Part shown: positions 49,445 through 64,000 of the stretch, one piece after another
How the letters are laid out: each line of letters begins with the position of its first letter
Numbering within the stretch: the stretch's first letter is position 1
From: Zancudomyces culisetae HAW-14-8
Lineage: Eukaryota > Fungi > Kickxellomycota
Assembly (NCBI GenBank): GCA_052426225.1
Contig: JBNJNM010000009.1
Coordinates: 682,001-746,000, forward strand
Reading direction: 5' to 3'
Length of the DNA: 64,000 bases
The notes under the pieces: generated by a model
Seen by the model: only the letters and a program-made list of their open reading frames with translations
Told to the model about the DNA's origin: nothing
The model's database searches: none
Translations under genes and position numbers: made by a program

Positions 49445-50997
49445 CAATGAGTTTCAAAAATGTCTCAAAATATTGAAAATATTTTGCAAAGTGTAATAAC
49501 TCGCTCAATAATATCCAGAAATAATATGTTTTTTATATTATATTATGCACAAATGTTATATCCAGATTTTATATAACTGTATATATATTGGTTCAAAATG
49601 CATTATGAAATTTTAAATTGAAAAATTTTAAAAATGATTAATTTCTGGGAATTTTTCAAAACAAAAATTTAAATTATCATAACTTTATGAATTTAAATTT
49701 TATTTTATAAAACTTTTCTATATCATAATATAAAAAATTATTATACTAATCTAAAGTATAATAATTTAAAAAATGATATCTGAATAACGTAAACTGGATA
49801 TAATAAATGCGTTACTTGAGGCAGAAGCATTGACCTAATCATTATAAAAAATGGAGTTAGTAAAGCAACAATATACAGAATTAAAGCGGCAATAAATATC
49901 AATTTACCGGCTAATAAACGCGGTCGTCCAGCGAAGATTTCACCCCAAAGCAAGCATATCTGTACTAGGGTGATATTATCTGGAGAGTATCGATCTGCTA
50001 CTTCGGTACAAAAGAAGTTAGAAATGGATAATATTGTTAGTGCTAGTAAGTTACAATAATAGGGTTTTATTGATCTAAAAGCTGTTGCAAAAAAAAAACA
50101 TCCAAACCGAAACTGAGCCTTAAAAATATTGCAAAAAGGTTGAGATTCGCAAAATCTCATCGCCACTGGACTACTGATGATTGGAGGCGAGTAATTAGGT
50201 CAGACAAAACTAAAATAACCGATTTGGATCTGATGGAAATGAATAGACTTGGGTTCGTGATGGTGTGAGTCTACAGCCGCACAATATTAACCAGACTGTA
50301 AAACACGGTGATGGATCATTAATGATTTGGGGATGCATCACAGCATTTGGAACTGGCCACATGTGCCGAATAGAAGGAATGTTAAACAAGAAAGGTTATT
50401 CAAACATTTTAAAAGACGAGCTTAGCAATACAATAAAGTACTACAAGTTGGATCCCAAGTCAATAATATTTCAACATGACAATGATCCTAAACATACCGC
50501 AAAGTTAGTTACCAGCTGGCTTGAAAACCAGGAATATAATACATTGGACTGGCCGCCACAATCTCCAGACTTAAACCCAATTGAAACTATATGGGCAATC
50601 ATCAAAAGACGCCTAAATAGATACAGTGAACCTCCGTCCGGGATGATCGAATTATGGGAGCGAATAGAAACGGAATGGAATTTAATTTCAGTGGAAACAA
50701 TACTTGGTCTTATAGATAGTATGCCCAAAAGAATTGAGGGAGTTATCAAGTCTAAAGGAAGGTAAACAGAATTTTAAATTTTTGTTTTGAAATTTCCCAG
50801 AAATGTCTCATTTTAAAATATTTTTCAATTTATAATTTCATAATGAATTATTAATCAATAAAATTACAGTATATAAATTTACATTTATCATTTGTGCATT
50901 CTATAATAGTATAAACATATAATGTCTGGATATTATTTTGCGAGATATTACACTTTGAAAATATTTTTTAATTCTTTAGAATTTTTGAAAATTAACT
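49445..50997 (+). mobile_element. Tc1 family A copy 2 (disrupted transposase, eroded right tip)
   Basis: TA|CAATGAGTTTCAAAAATGTCTC start. Coding region nearly identical to 30466-31473; the right TIR degrades after ~50965. Confidence 0.93.
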
Positions 50998-51199
50998 TTA
51001 TCAAATTTTTTTGGTAAGTACATAATGTTTTTTGGATTTTTACTTGATTTGGTTAAATTGAAATCAAGTATTTAGACGTATATTGATGATGGCAAATAAG
51101 TGTATAAAAATTTCAGTAAACTAATTATATTAAGTTGGGAAATTTAATGTCACTAGTTATGATTTAAAGAAAATACAATATGAATAAAAATTAATATAA

Positions 51200-52960
51200 A
51201 AACATATTGGTAAATAATGTTTTTCTGACAAATAACAACGCAAATTTGCTTAAGTCCAAATTAACTCTGTAAAGAGTAACGATATTAATATCGCTTATAA
51301 AATACGGACACTGGATTATGAGCTTAAAAAAGAATTAGAAAATAGTGTCGAGGTATTGCTATATGAATTAGAGCCAATTTCATTGAAAAGGGATAGCAAA
51401 GCAACATATACTTATTCAATCTCTTAAAATCTCGTGAAAACAGTAAAAGTGTTGAAGTAATGGTTGTTGTGGTTAATACTACTTATAATAATCGTAATGA
51501 AATTTCCAGTCATATTTAAAATTTTATAGTTAATATTAATAAAGTAACAACAATAGTGGGTAGTCAAGATATATTACTAAATAACATAACAAATAGGCTA
51601 ACTAGTCTGGAGGCAGAAGTGCTAGATAGCTCAATAACTATTGAGGAAATCTAAAAGACAATCAATCAATGTCATCGGAATAAAGCACCTGATCCTGATG
51701 GATTGACTTTTGAATTTTACAAGCAATTGAAAAAAGACTACAATATTTATTTATGCATTATTCAATTCTCCCATCCAGAACTATATCGAGCAGCTGGGAG
51801 GTTCGATAATCTCTTTGATTCCCAAAACCGGCGATCTGAGGCGATTTAAGAACTATCGTCCAGTTAGTTTATTTATTGTGACGAAAAAATCTCATCTAAA
51901 ATTCTAGCTTCATGGTTCCAGAATAATTAGGTTAGTCATTAACCCGTCTTGAACTGGGTTTATCAAAGATCGTAGCATCTTTGATAATATCCATATGACT
52001 AATAACCTTTTGGGTTTTGAACAACTGGACCCAGACAATTATAATGAGCACTTGATTCTTATATATCAAGAAAAAGCCTATGATAGAGTAACCTGTCATC
52101 AAATGTTTATGTGCTTGAATCTTTTGGCCTTGGCCCCAAGTTTATTCAATATCTTTAATCAATTTACACTGGTGCTACGACTAGAGTAAATGTCAACTCC
52201 GTATTAACGGATAAAATCCAAATCAACAATGGTCTTAGACAGGGTGATCCACTATCACCCCTGTTGTATAACCTAGTAATTGAGCCTTTATTACTAGGTT
52301 GAAAAAAGACCTAACAGGTATTCAACTACCTTGAGCTAACTTTAACACAATAGCATATGCGGATGACGTTGCTAAAGGTATTAAAGATAGTGATGGCTTT
52401 AACATAGTAATGAAATCGCTTGATATTCACATCAAAGCATCAAATGCTCGAGTGAATATCGAAAATTCAATTCCTATAAAGTTAGCGAATCCTCAAGAGA
52501 TTTCCACTAAGTTTCCATTCGTCGCCGATAATGACAACTTTAAATACTTGGGAATATGGTTTAATAACAAATGCGTTGACACCAACTATACCCAAGAACT
52601 CTTACTAGCTAAATTGGAAAATAAAATTATATCCATGTGCCTTAGATCTCTCACACTGAGAGGAAGACTATTGCTGACAAATGTATTTTTATACTCGAAA
52701 TTAAATTTTGCAGCACATATTGTCCCTTTAGACAAAATTTTTTTGTCATATGTCAAAAAACTTGCCTCAATGTTTATCTGGGCAAATTAAACGCCAAGAT
52801 TAAATTTACCACATTTGAACTACCATAATAACTTGGTGGTCTTGGACTAATTGATGTTTAAACTTACGTAGATATAATCTATGGACAAGGGATAGTATCA
52901 ACTTAAAGCGGTAATCACAATAGCGACTATATTTCACTATATAGAATCCTCTGGAACCAC
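51200..52960 (+). mobile_element. Degenerate non-LTR retrotransposon (L1/Tx1-like) RT region
   Basis: Fragments NKAPDPDGLTFEFYK, LIPKTGDLRRFKNYRPVSL, QEKAYDRV, GLRQGDPLSPLLYNLVIEPL, AYADDV, FKYLGIWF, SLTLRGRLLL and GGLGLID, with many stops and frameshifts. Confidence 0.9.
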
Positions 52961-52969
52961 CAAATTTAA

Positions 52970-55900
52970 AATAATAATACAATAGAAAATTATTTTATAT
53001 ACTCAATTGATGGTTAGCCCATTAAAAATGTTAAGTATATATTATCAAAATATATAATGAGTATATATACTCAACGTGTATTTGTATTGAATGTACATAC
53101 TGATTTAAATACTATCCAGTTACAATAATATATATAAATAATTATTATTCATCATATTATTGAGCCGTGACGATCACATACTTAGATTAATTTTTATTAA
53201 TTTTAATGTTTACAAAATTTTTATTCATATCAGAGAGTATAAATGATGTAACAATTAATATCAGTGTTTGTCAATTAATAATTTTTATCAATCATGTAAT
53301 AATTCTGATATAATGTTTTGAATTAATGTATATGAATATTACATATAATTTATAGTTCATATAAATGCTATAATACATAAATAATTTTAATGGGTGATAT
53401 ATATACATACAACCGTAATGAAACTAATATTAATATATATTGATATAAATTGTAATGATATGATTTAACTCGTATATTTATATAATTGTATAATGACGAC
53501 GTATAAATGGCTCTAATATTGTATTATATGGTTGATATTATTATGTTGATGATTACATTAAATATTATGTTAAACTTATAATGAAATTAATATTAAGAAA
53601 TGAATAACGTATATTAATATTATATAGTAATCTATGAATATATATTTATTAATTCAAACATATTATATTATATATATTATCATTAGATTGTATTATGAAT
53701 AATTGTTTTTAATTAATATTTATAATGTTAATATACTAATTATTTTGCTAATTTTAATACAATTAATATAATGCATAATACAACACATATAATAAACATA
53801 TTATGCTTTATATATTTTAAAAAATTTAATATTTAATGTCTCGTATATACATTTCGAAAATGACATGATGGTTTTACTCCATATAATACATAAATATTAT
53901 AATGTTAGTATATAAGCGAATAAACATAAATTAAAAATATATAAATGAAGCAAAATTATCGTTACAATAATAAACTAATGTTAAATATTATTAATTAATA
54001 CTCATATGTTATTTAAATTGCATTTATATTATTTATGTTAAAAATAATATTTGTATTTGTACATATATTGTATAAGCAATTTATACTATATATGGTATTT
54101 TGACAATATATACAAATTATCCTAATAATACATAATCATATGCATATATCATTTTTTTATATGATTTTTCATATATAACATTGCATTATTCGATAAACGT
54201 TAATATACATAATCATTTAAATGCTTATTATTTTATAATCTAAAACTTATATTAATATATATCCAATAATATCCCATACTAAATTCTATGTTCATAATAA
54301 TATGATATTAATTAATTAACAGTATGTAAAACAAACAATATATATTATTTTGAAATTTTAACAATATAAGTATAATACATATATAATGATATATTTCCAT
54401 TTAACAATTATGTGGCACTAATTCAAACAGCATTATTTAGTATATTAATATCATAATGGATAATGCAAATTGTAATTGTGATATATAAAATACGTATTAC
54501 AATAAACATTGGTTTTGTTCTACTGCAAATGGGATAAACAAATATAGTATGCTGTCACTTTCAAATATTTTTATTTCATAATCCAGGTAATATTATTATT
54601 ATGGCAATTTGTCGGCATATCGGTGAAAATAATAAAACAATTTGATCATTAAAATATAAAATATAATTTTTGGCAATATTTTATAATTTAAACTATATTA
54701 TTCACCTCTATACCTATTATGTCGATTATGATTACTAAATTTATTATTTATTAATGTCATCTCGAGTTCTATAATAATTTGTATATGATTTTATATCTCG
54801 TAAGTCTAACATACATTATGTAATGTTAATTTACTACTATGTATATTGTTAATTATTTATACAATATATTTATAATAGATATAGTTACACCAACAAAATT
54901 ATTTTTTGGTTATGATATATATATTTGTATTTTTATAATTAATATATGATTATTTTATCGATAAATATATATATGCTTTTTACTGTCCATTGATAATATA
55001 GTACATAATATATAATGTCCATTTATTATATTAAATATTTTGAATTACATATAATTTATATATGTATATATTATAATTATGTGTAAAATATATCTAAATT
55101 AAAATAATATATATTGTATCTTACAATCACCATACTGTCAAAAATTATATATTGCCATAGTATAAATTTATTATGGCTCGTAATATATGTATTTTATTTT
55201 ATCATTATTTTTTTATACGACCATATATTATTTGGAATCATATTGGGATTGTATATATATCATAAACACTAAATGTTTAATATCAGTATATATAATAATA
55301 ACGTATCTATATAAAATATATATTATATGTCATAAACATATATTTATATAATGTATATTATATACTTATAATGATTATAAAGCTGCGCATTACAATTAAC
55401 ATGTTATAATATTAATATATTTAGCAACTTGTATGTTAGTTGTAAAATATTTATATTAATTGTTCATAATATATTATGTCTACAAATATCATGTGCAAAA
55501 TATAAAATTTTGACCAAAAACATATATATAATATTTAATATTTTTGGATCATTTATCTCAAATATATAGCAAGCATATATATATCACATATAGTATAGTC
55601 GGTTAATTCATATATGCTCAATAAATGGTTATAAAGATATATTGTATATATATACATAATTTAATTACAATTTTAATATTGTGTAAATGCCATATGATTA
55701 TATCAGCTATATATTGTGAATTTTATATAATTTTGTATAAAGTATTGATGGTTACGAATATATATAGTAGTGTATATCGTTCTTAATAAATTATATAATA
55801 GATTTAATAGTAAATATACAATTTTAGATATTATAAATATATATCATTTATAAACGGAATATTAATAATGAATGTCGGAATATATATATTTAATATATTT

Positions 55901-58150
55901 ACATAGTATGTTAATTGTATTATATACAATAAAATTGTTTAATAAACACAGGATAATTATATTTTATCATGTAATTATTAGTATTATGACAATATATATT
56001 ATGATATCAATAAAAATTTTGACTATATTTTTTTTGATTGTGGAATTAATTATATAATAAATCATATAATTTATGTTATTTTAAATTACCAATATAAATA
56101 CAATATTTTTATATGATATTAAGTGTGTATAAAAGATATGTATGTTACAATGATTTGGATAATATATAAATATATATTTTGATAAAAATATAATATATCA
56201 TTATACATAATATAGTTAGATAGAGGTCATCGAAGAATAAGTATATACGTATATAGCAAAAAATATGAATACATATGAATCAATATATATTATCATTCAT
56301 ATATATATATAATTATACTCGATAATTTTATACATAAGTTCATTCATCTATTATATAGATTGTATTGTGGCTTCAGAATATAAATTTATAAATATAATTC
56401 GATACTGGTATACTTAAATATAATAATATATATTAAATCATATTGTCATCATTGTAGATGTTAATTAAAAACAACATTTTAAATATATATACAATTAGGG
56501 AAAAAAAAAAAATATTAAAATATTAACAAAATTATATCCCCATTCATATCTATCTAATAACAATATATGATATATATTATTAATATACATTTATAATATA
56601 TTATATTGTATACCTTTGTAAATACGATAATTATCGTAATAATAATCGTATACTTATAATATATACCATGACTAAAATTTATTATCATCATGCTGCATGT
56701 CATATTATGTATATTATATGGATAATATAATTAAATATATTTTTAACCATGGATCATATAGATATACATAACATACATACAAACATGTTAATAAATTATA
56801 TAATATATGATACAATACAAATAAAATGCATGATTATACGTTATTATAATTTAATTTAGAAATAATATTTTTGTTTCTAATTTGACAAGATGTCTAAATG
56901 CTACAAGATATTGTCAACTAATTAAATACGAAGTAATCGTTTTAACATAATATATAAATGCTTAAATTATATATATATTTAATTAAATATCATATATATA
57001 CAATAATAATTATATATAATATAATAATTAAATATTGGATTGATCGAAATAATTTTTAAATAATATTTGTAGATAATATTATACTCAAACTATATTAATT
57101 TATACGTGAAGTTGTATATATATTAATTTTTTGTGAAATTTGGAATAGCAGATTACATAAACATATATAATCGATAAATTAGTTGTCGAATATTATTTAC
57201 GATGACATATTGTAAAGTGATATAAATTATAAACTTAATATTAATAAAAATGTTTTGTTTAAAGTGATTTGGTACATTCAGTAGATGAATCGGAATTGGA
57301 CGAAGCAAATTAAATGGCCACGACAGGTATATCGTTTTAAGCATATACGACATATAAATCTATATCCATATTAACTTGTACACAAATTCTGAAAAGATAC
57401 CCAATATTTGGAACATGCTATTACATATCCAAAAATGTATTGTTAGCGGGACTTACCAAAATAAATAGATGTTATAACAGTCATAAATTTAATAGTTTTT
57501 ATTACCGATATTAAAAACACATTATGATAATTAATCATCAAAAAATTCATACTACACACTAATTCCAATAATATAATTAATAAATATATGTTACGATCCC
57601 AACTCGTGCTATAAGCCGGAATATTAATTTGGTCTAGCGTATGGAAGGTCCGACAACGCTATATAATATTTTTTATTATGATGTTCAACGAATAATGACA
57701 AAAATTTATGGATGTAACTAATTGACTAAAAAATCATTATTACTATAATGACTGATACTTTGTGATCGAAAAATATGGATAATTATATAAACTATGCTTC
57801 ATATAAATATTCAAGATTGATATGGACATTATACAACAATATTATAATATATATATAATTTCAAAATTATGAATCTATTATTTTAAATTATTGTTAAACT
57901 GTATAATGATATTTCAAATTCAATTTACATTTGATATAATGTTATATGAAATATATATAAAAATTATTTATTATTTGACGTAAATAATACATAAAATATT
58001 TTATCATATATTATAAATTCCAATGTGATATAACATTGTTATATATACATATTGGTAATGATTGCACTGTATCAATTTAATTAAAAATTGATTACTTGAT
58101 CACTATTACATAATCATAATGTTAACACTGTATAATATTTGTTTCAGAAT
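52970..58150. other. Extremely AT-rich low-complexity tract, possibly an eroded retroelement
   Basis: Visibly depleted of G/C, non-periodic and TA-dinucleotide rich. Faint integrase-like relic KLFNKHRIIIFYH near 55930-55970. Confidence 0.7.
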
Positions 58151-61100
58151 AATATTACTTGAAGATTATAAATTTATGTAAAGTTCATAAAAACAATTCT
58201 TAAACTTGCTTTAAACCGATATCCTCTATAAAAAATGATTTCATCCGGTGTACCATGTAGTTTAAATACATTATTTATGTATACAGTTACTGTTTCTGAT
58301 GAATTCGGAAGCTTTTTAAATGTTATAAAGTGCGCCATTTTGATATATCAGTCAACAATAACCTTATTGTTGTATACCCATTTGACTTTGGTAAATCTGA
58401 AATGAAGTCCATAGTTATTGATTTCCATGGTCCAGATGCTATAGCTAACGGTTGAAGCAATCCATACTGTTTATGTCTGTTAGATTTATTTTTTTGACAT
58501 ACATCACATGTATTAATTTATTCTTTCACATATTTCATTTTTTGTTTTATAATATAGTTTCGATCCAAATTTTATATTGTTTTATGTATCCCAAAATGTC
58601 CAGCTGCACCTGAATTATGAACATCTTGATTAAATTGCATCCTTAGTACCTCAGGTACATGAATTATTCATAATATATATATTAAACCATATCATTTTAC
58701 AATGATATCAGATTCTTTTGGTTGCTGTTTTAAATCATCAATATTGTTATTTTTCTGCTCAATAGATGTTTTAATGTTGTTTATAAGTTCACTTTGTGGT
58801 TTATGATTGCATTAATAAAATGTTTTCCTTCTATAATATTGTGATTTAAAACTTTTGAATCATCATTATTAGTATATCTTGAAAGTGCATCAGGTTTACC
58901 ACTGCGTTTTCCTGGTCTGTAGGTGATGTCAAAGTGATATTCATTTAGTAATAATGACCATCTTGCATGTCTTCTGTTCAATATTTTTGCATTTTTAAAT
59001 GATTCTAAATTTTTATGATCAGTATAAATGATGAATTTGTGTGATGCTCCTTGTAGGTAGTGACGCCATTCTTTTATAGCATTGATGATTGCTAATAGTT
59101 CTTTATCATATTATCATAATTTATTTCAGCTTTATCCAGTTTATGAGAGTAATATGCACATGGAGCAAGCATCCCATCATCATTATATTGTGATAAAATA
59201 GCTCCAATAGCATAATTTGAAGCATCAGTCTCAACTATAAATTGTTTTTCAGGGTTTGGATATTGTAATATTGGTGTAGATGTCAACATATTTTTTATTG
59301 TATCAAATGCATTTTGCTCTTTGGATGACCATTCCCACTTTTTATCCTTTTTTAACAGCTCTGTAAGTGGTTTAGTAACCTTGGAAAACCCTTCAATAAA
59401 CTTCCTGTAATAATTTGCGAAGCCCATAAACACTTGTATATCTTTTGGTTTTGTTGGCGTATCCCACGATTGATACATTTAGTCTTTTCTGGATCAGATG
59501 ATATGCCTTTATCACTAATAATATGACCTAAAAATGTCACTTTGTTGACGTCAAACTCGCATTTTTCGAGTTTACAATACAGTTTATGCTTCCTTAATTT
59601 GCTTAAAACATTTTTAACATGCTCCGTATGTTGTTGTATATCAGGTGAAAAGATTAGTATATCATCTAGGTATGATATTGCGTAAACATCCAATATATCT
59701 CTTAACACATCATTGATGAAATGTTGAAAAGTTGCGGGTGCATTAGTCAAATTAAATGGCATAACTTGATACTCGTAATGTTCATATCTGCATCTAAATG
59801 CGGTTTTAGGTTCATCGTCTTTTTTGATTCTGACCAAGTTATATGCACTACGAAAGTCCAATTTGGTAAATATTCGTGCATCCTTTAATCTATCAAACAC
59901 CTCATCAATTCTAGGCAACGGATATCTGTTTTTAATAGTATTTTCATTTAGTTTTCTGTAATCTACACACAGTCTTAGCTCACCAGATTTCTTTTTTACA
60001 AACATTATAGGCGCGCCATAAGGTGATTTTGAATGCCTTATAAACTTGTTTGCAAGATTCTTGTCGATGTACGACTTTAATTCAGTTAGCTCAGTTTGAG
60101 ATAGTGGGTATATAGGACCCCAGAATGGTTTAGAGTCTTCTTTAAATCGATTCTGCAATCATATTCGCGATGATTTGGCAATATTTCAGCCATTTTTTTA
60201 TCAAAGACGTCAGTAAATTCAATATATTTTGTAGGTATAACAGTAGGAGTAGGAGTAGTATCAATATTGTTAACATTTGAAACAGTTTTGATGTCAGTAT
60301 CATACTTGAAAAGTATATTTTTATCCATTTTTCATCAATATTTTCATTAATAATTTGTATATTTTCAGTTGAAAAATCATCAATATCCATTGCATTTGTG
60401 TCAGTTTGTTGTTTAAAACTATTATCCATGTTATCTAGAGTTGTTGCAGTAGTATTAGATGTAATTGGAGTAACTTTAGTAGCAGATGCAATAACTATAG
60501 GTGTTCTTTTCTTGATATTTTTAACTTTTATAGGCAGAAAAGTAGGAGTTGAAATTGGGTATAACTCTGCATCAAGGTTCAAGTTTTTAGTAGTTGTAGT
60601 TCAGTAGTTGGTGTAAATGTATTACTACCTACACTGGTAGTTTCAGGTTCAATGGATGTTTCATAGTTATTTTTTAACTCAACTTTAGTTAATATATTTT
60701 CAATATTTTCTGAATTTTTTGTATTTTTTCTTAAATTTTTTGTATTTATTCTTTGATAAGTATCAGTTGTAATACTTTCAGGTGTGTCACTATTTGTGTT
60801 TGAGTTTATATCTGATGTATTTTCAGCAACACATGCTGGTTTGGTAATGTTATCTTCAATATTTTCATTCATTTTTCCATTTTTAAACTCATTAATATCA
60901 CCTTTTTCATGAATTATGATACTTTGATTCTTTTTTGTAATGTCAATTATTTTTTGTTCTTCATCTTCACTATCGGATAAATTATATTTTTCTTGTATCT
61001 CTTTTATGTTTTGCAAATACATTTGTTGTACGAGCTTGTTTAGTTCACTAGAAGTCATATTTTCATCAAATTCAATGTCATATTTGTTGAATTTTTTAGC

Positions 61101-63240
61101 ATTTTTAGTTGTATTTTCTTCAATATTTCTTGTTTTTGTTCATTGATATCCGAATTATTAGTATGTGGTGGACTAAACATGTCATGATCAAGTAAGTATC
61201 CATAATTACTATAATCATCAGTTTGTACGGTTTCAGAGACATTGTTTTTCTCACGTGACACATTTTTCTTTACAATATTTTTAACCTTATTTTTTGCATT
61301 TGTACTCTTATGTGCTACGTTCTTTCCTGATGTAAAAAGTATGATTTGATTTTAGACATAATAGTGTTTGTATGTTCAATATCAGATTCTGAAGTGTTGT
61401 TTTGTCTAAAATAACTGCTGCTATCATCACTTTTTATACTATTTTTTTCAATATTTTCACTAATTTGATCACTATTTTCACTTATTTGATCGTTATTTTC
61501 ATCCTCGGATGATACTTCTGGTCGATATATAATATCTACAGGCATCTTGTGATGTACACAATTGTTCAAACAGTAATCAGATTCAAATAAGATGTCGAAA
61601 GTATCCCAATTGATACTTGGATTGTGCTTTTTTAACCATGGCATGCCTAAAATCACATGACCATGAACAGATTGAATTGGATGTAGATTAATGGTTTCAG
61701 TGTGATCATTACCGATTAAAACTTTGATATCATTGTATACATGGTTAATACCAGTTGTACTAAGCATGTTACCATCAATAGATTCAATACTGAATGGTGT
61801 TTTTAGCATTTTTGGTGGAAGATTTAACTTTTTTGCAGTGGTAGAGTCAATATATTTTTTAGAGCAGCCTGAATCAATTAGACATTAAAGTGAAAAATTC
61901 ATTATTTAAAGTTAATAGTATTATACCTATAACTGATCTAATAACTGTAAATATATATTTGTCAGAGTCGCAAAAAATGTTATCCAAAACTAACTTCCAC
62001 ACTAGTTTTGGATGTCCCCTTTTAAATCCGTAACTTTAACCTTGCACTGAGCTATATAGTGACTCTTTTTTCCACACTGAAAACATGTTCTGCTGTTATT
62101 AATAGTTGTTTTGTCATGTTTTACTTCAATACTATCTATTTCCATAGCTTCTGGTTCGTTTTTAATTTGCCCAAAACGATTATATATATGACTAATAATG
62201 TATTTCAGGGGTTGTTAGAGTTGTGAATATTATAATTAGAGTTGTTTGTATAGTTGTAATGCAATAATCCTATTATCGATTAACTACAGTTTGTATAAAG
62301 TTCATCCAAGTTTTGTGGGATCGGAGCCATGATAAAATAATCATGTATTTGTCTTTTTAATTCTTTTTGTTATTGAACCATTAATGAGATATCATCAAAT
62401 CCTGCTCCACGTGCAAGATTATAAAAATCAGTTGTGTATTAAATAAAAGATCTGGTACCTTGATAACACTTTCGGATTTTGTTTGCACTTTTAATCTGGT
62501 AAATAGGGTCGGAAAAATTAGCACTGAAATATCCAAAAAATCTTGCAAAATCTGCAAATATTCGCTATTACCACGAATTAAATCTTGGAACCACATAGCT
62601 GCTGGTCCTTCCAGATGTGCCCCGATGAAGACACATTTAGATTTATCGGTTGTGAATGCATTTCCGTTGGCCCAAAACTGAAATTCAAGGAAGAAACAAA
62701 ATATTTGTATGACTCCGGATTCCCATCAAATTTTTTGATGTCAGGCCACTTGATTTGATAAAATTTTTGATTATTCTCCACACTTATTTTAATTTATGTA
62801 TTAGATAAGTTTAGACTAATGAAAAAAATTATAATAATTTATTACTTGTATTAAATTCAAGAAGTTTAACAATATCAAGATACCAATAATATACACCATG
62901 TTTATAATATAACGTTTATAAAACTAAAACAAATAATTTATACTAATTAATTATATAAACTTAAATTAAATAATATTAATGATTCACATGTAATATCATT
63001 AATATTATTTGTTAGGAATTGTTTTAAAATAAATTAAATAAATTCATGTTTAATATAATTCTCCATGACCAAATCAAGTAGGTTACAAAATGAAATTGTA
63101 ACCATATACAAATTACTATAATGTAACTAAGTACAAATTAATTAAATGTAACTAAGTACAAATTAATTAAATGTAACTAAGTACAAATTATTAAATTAAT
63201 CTAACCAAGTCAAGTAAAAAATGAATTTCGCGATGAAATT
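58150..63240 (-). mobile_element. Ty3/gypsy LTR retrotransposon 2 (gag-pol), integrase eroding into the AT-rich tract
   Basis: gag PDIKKFDGNP...HLEGPAAMWF, knuckle CFQCGKKSHYIAQC, PR LIDSGCS...ILGMPWL, RT YLDD, RH VETDASN, IN GLLQPL...VFKLHGTPDEII. Confidence 0.93.
63121..63194 (+). repeat. 25-bp tandem repeat x3
   Basis: ATGTAACTAAGTACAAATTAATTAA at 63121, 63146 and 63171, upstream of the Ty3-2 gag. Confidence 0.9.
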
Positions 63241-63661
63241 TGTTATAATAATATTCACAGACCATTTTAGGAAATAAGAAACCTAGAAAGAATTCCGAAA
63301 CTAATAATTCAAAGAATCGTCAGAATAACATGAATGACGCAATCATTGACACACTAAACTCACGGTAGTTAATCACATCAGTTACTCATAAGTTTAATAG
63401 TCAAATTTATAGTTTGATAGCAACTTTACTTAAGAAAATTTTATATGGAAAAATCTCTGGAGTAAAAGTATAAAAACCCTTTCGAAATCCATCGAAAGAG
63501 AACTTCAGAGAAAAATATCTTATTCACTATTGAATACCATATTTTTCTAAATAATTAATAGTAATAAATAATTTAATCTTAAAATATTCAAGTCTTAACA
63601 TTATTTAATTAATATTGTATTAAATATACAATATTGTTATGTTACATGTGTATTCATAACA
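63241..63661 (+). mobile_element. LTR-like element (421 bp)
   Basis: TGTTAT...ATAACA inverted termini, with TATAAAA then AATAAA on +. Flanks (AAATT / CTAGC) do not form a TSD, and the right edge coincides exactly with the start of DIRS homology. Confidence 0.7.
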
Positions 63662-63881
63662 CTAGCTTTGTAGCTCTAGTAGTTCCTAATGCTCGAGCTT
63701 TTGGTATCTTTGCGCTTTCTGGCTACTGCAAGAGTGACATCAATGAATTAATGTGTTTATGATTCGTTGTGCCCCAATGTGTTTGTCATGATACTTTAAG
63801 ATGCGGATGAGGTAGTGCAATTGTACTCCATCGAGGATCGGATGGTTTGCAACACTCGGAAGAGTTGCAATGCGCTTTTTA
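63662..63881 (-). mobile_element. DIRS tyrosine-recombinase fragment (second copy)
   Basis: Close nucleotide match to 31824-32044. Confidence 0.92.
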
Positions 63882-64000
63882 CAGTGAGTTTCAAAAATGT
63901 CTCAAAATATTGAAAATATTTTCAAAGTGTAATATCTCGCAAAATAATATCCAGACATTATATGTTTATACTATTATAGAATGCACAAATGATAAATGTA
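63882..64000 (-). mobile_element. Tc1 family A copy 3, right TIR, runs off the window end
   Basis: TA|CAGTGAGTTTCAAAAATG...; matches the reverse complement of 50880-50965. Confidence 0.92.

Noticed and set aside
63121-63194. CRISPR-like or telomeric repeat
   Set aside because: Head-to-tail repeats without spacers, inside a retrotransposon leader. The lone TTAGGG near 56495 is not an array.

Overview
AT-rich eukaryotic (fungal) genomic DNA with short GT-AG introns. A Twinkle helicase, DIRS elements and the ankyrin and fungal-TF repertoire suggest an early-diverging fungus, possibly Zoopagomycota/Harpellales (inference only). The window has three zones. (1) 1-9.5 kb is a compact housekeeping block: PfkB-family kinase, Spp2/G-patch splicing factor, Twinkle, SNX3 and an Aro8-like aminotransferase. 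(2) 10-30 kb holds lineage-specific paralogues: two fungal transcription-factor-domain genes with no visible Zn cluster, a broken F-box-like/ankyrin gene, and a Cys-rich secreted-protein gene. (3) 30-64 kb is a nested transposon cluster: two Tc1/mariner families, DIRS, two Ty3/gypsy elements, a solo-LTR family whose LTR carries an ORF start, an L1/Tx1-like LINE, and a ~5 kb extremely AT-rich core. Islands in this zone carry two further secreted-protein genes. The best candidates for something undescribed are a six-cysteine secreted protein family with an identical 15-bp TATA element, a prepro beta/gamma-crystallin-like secreted peptide, a self-nesting ORF-bearing LTR family, and a strand-skew inversion inside Twinkle. 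Many frameshifts are single-base losses in homopolymers and may be assembly errors.
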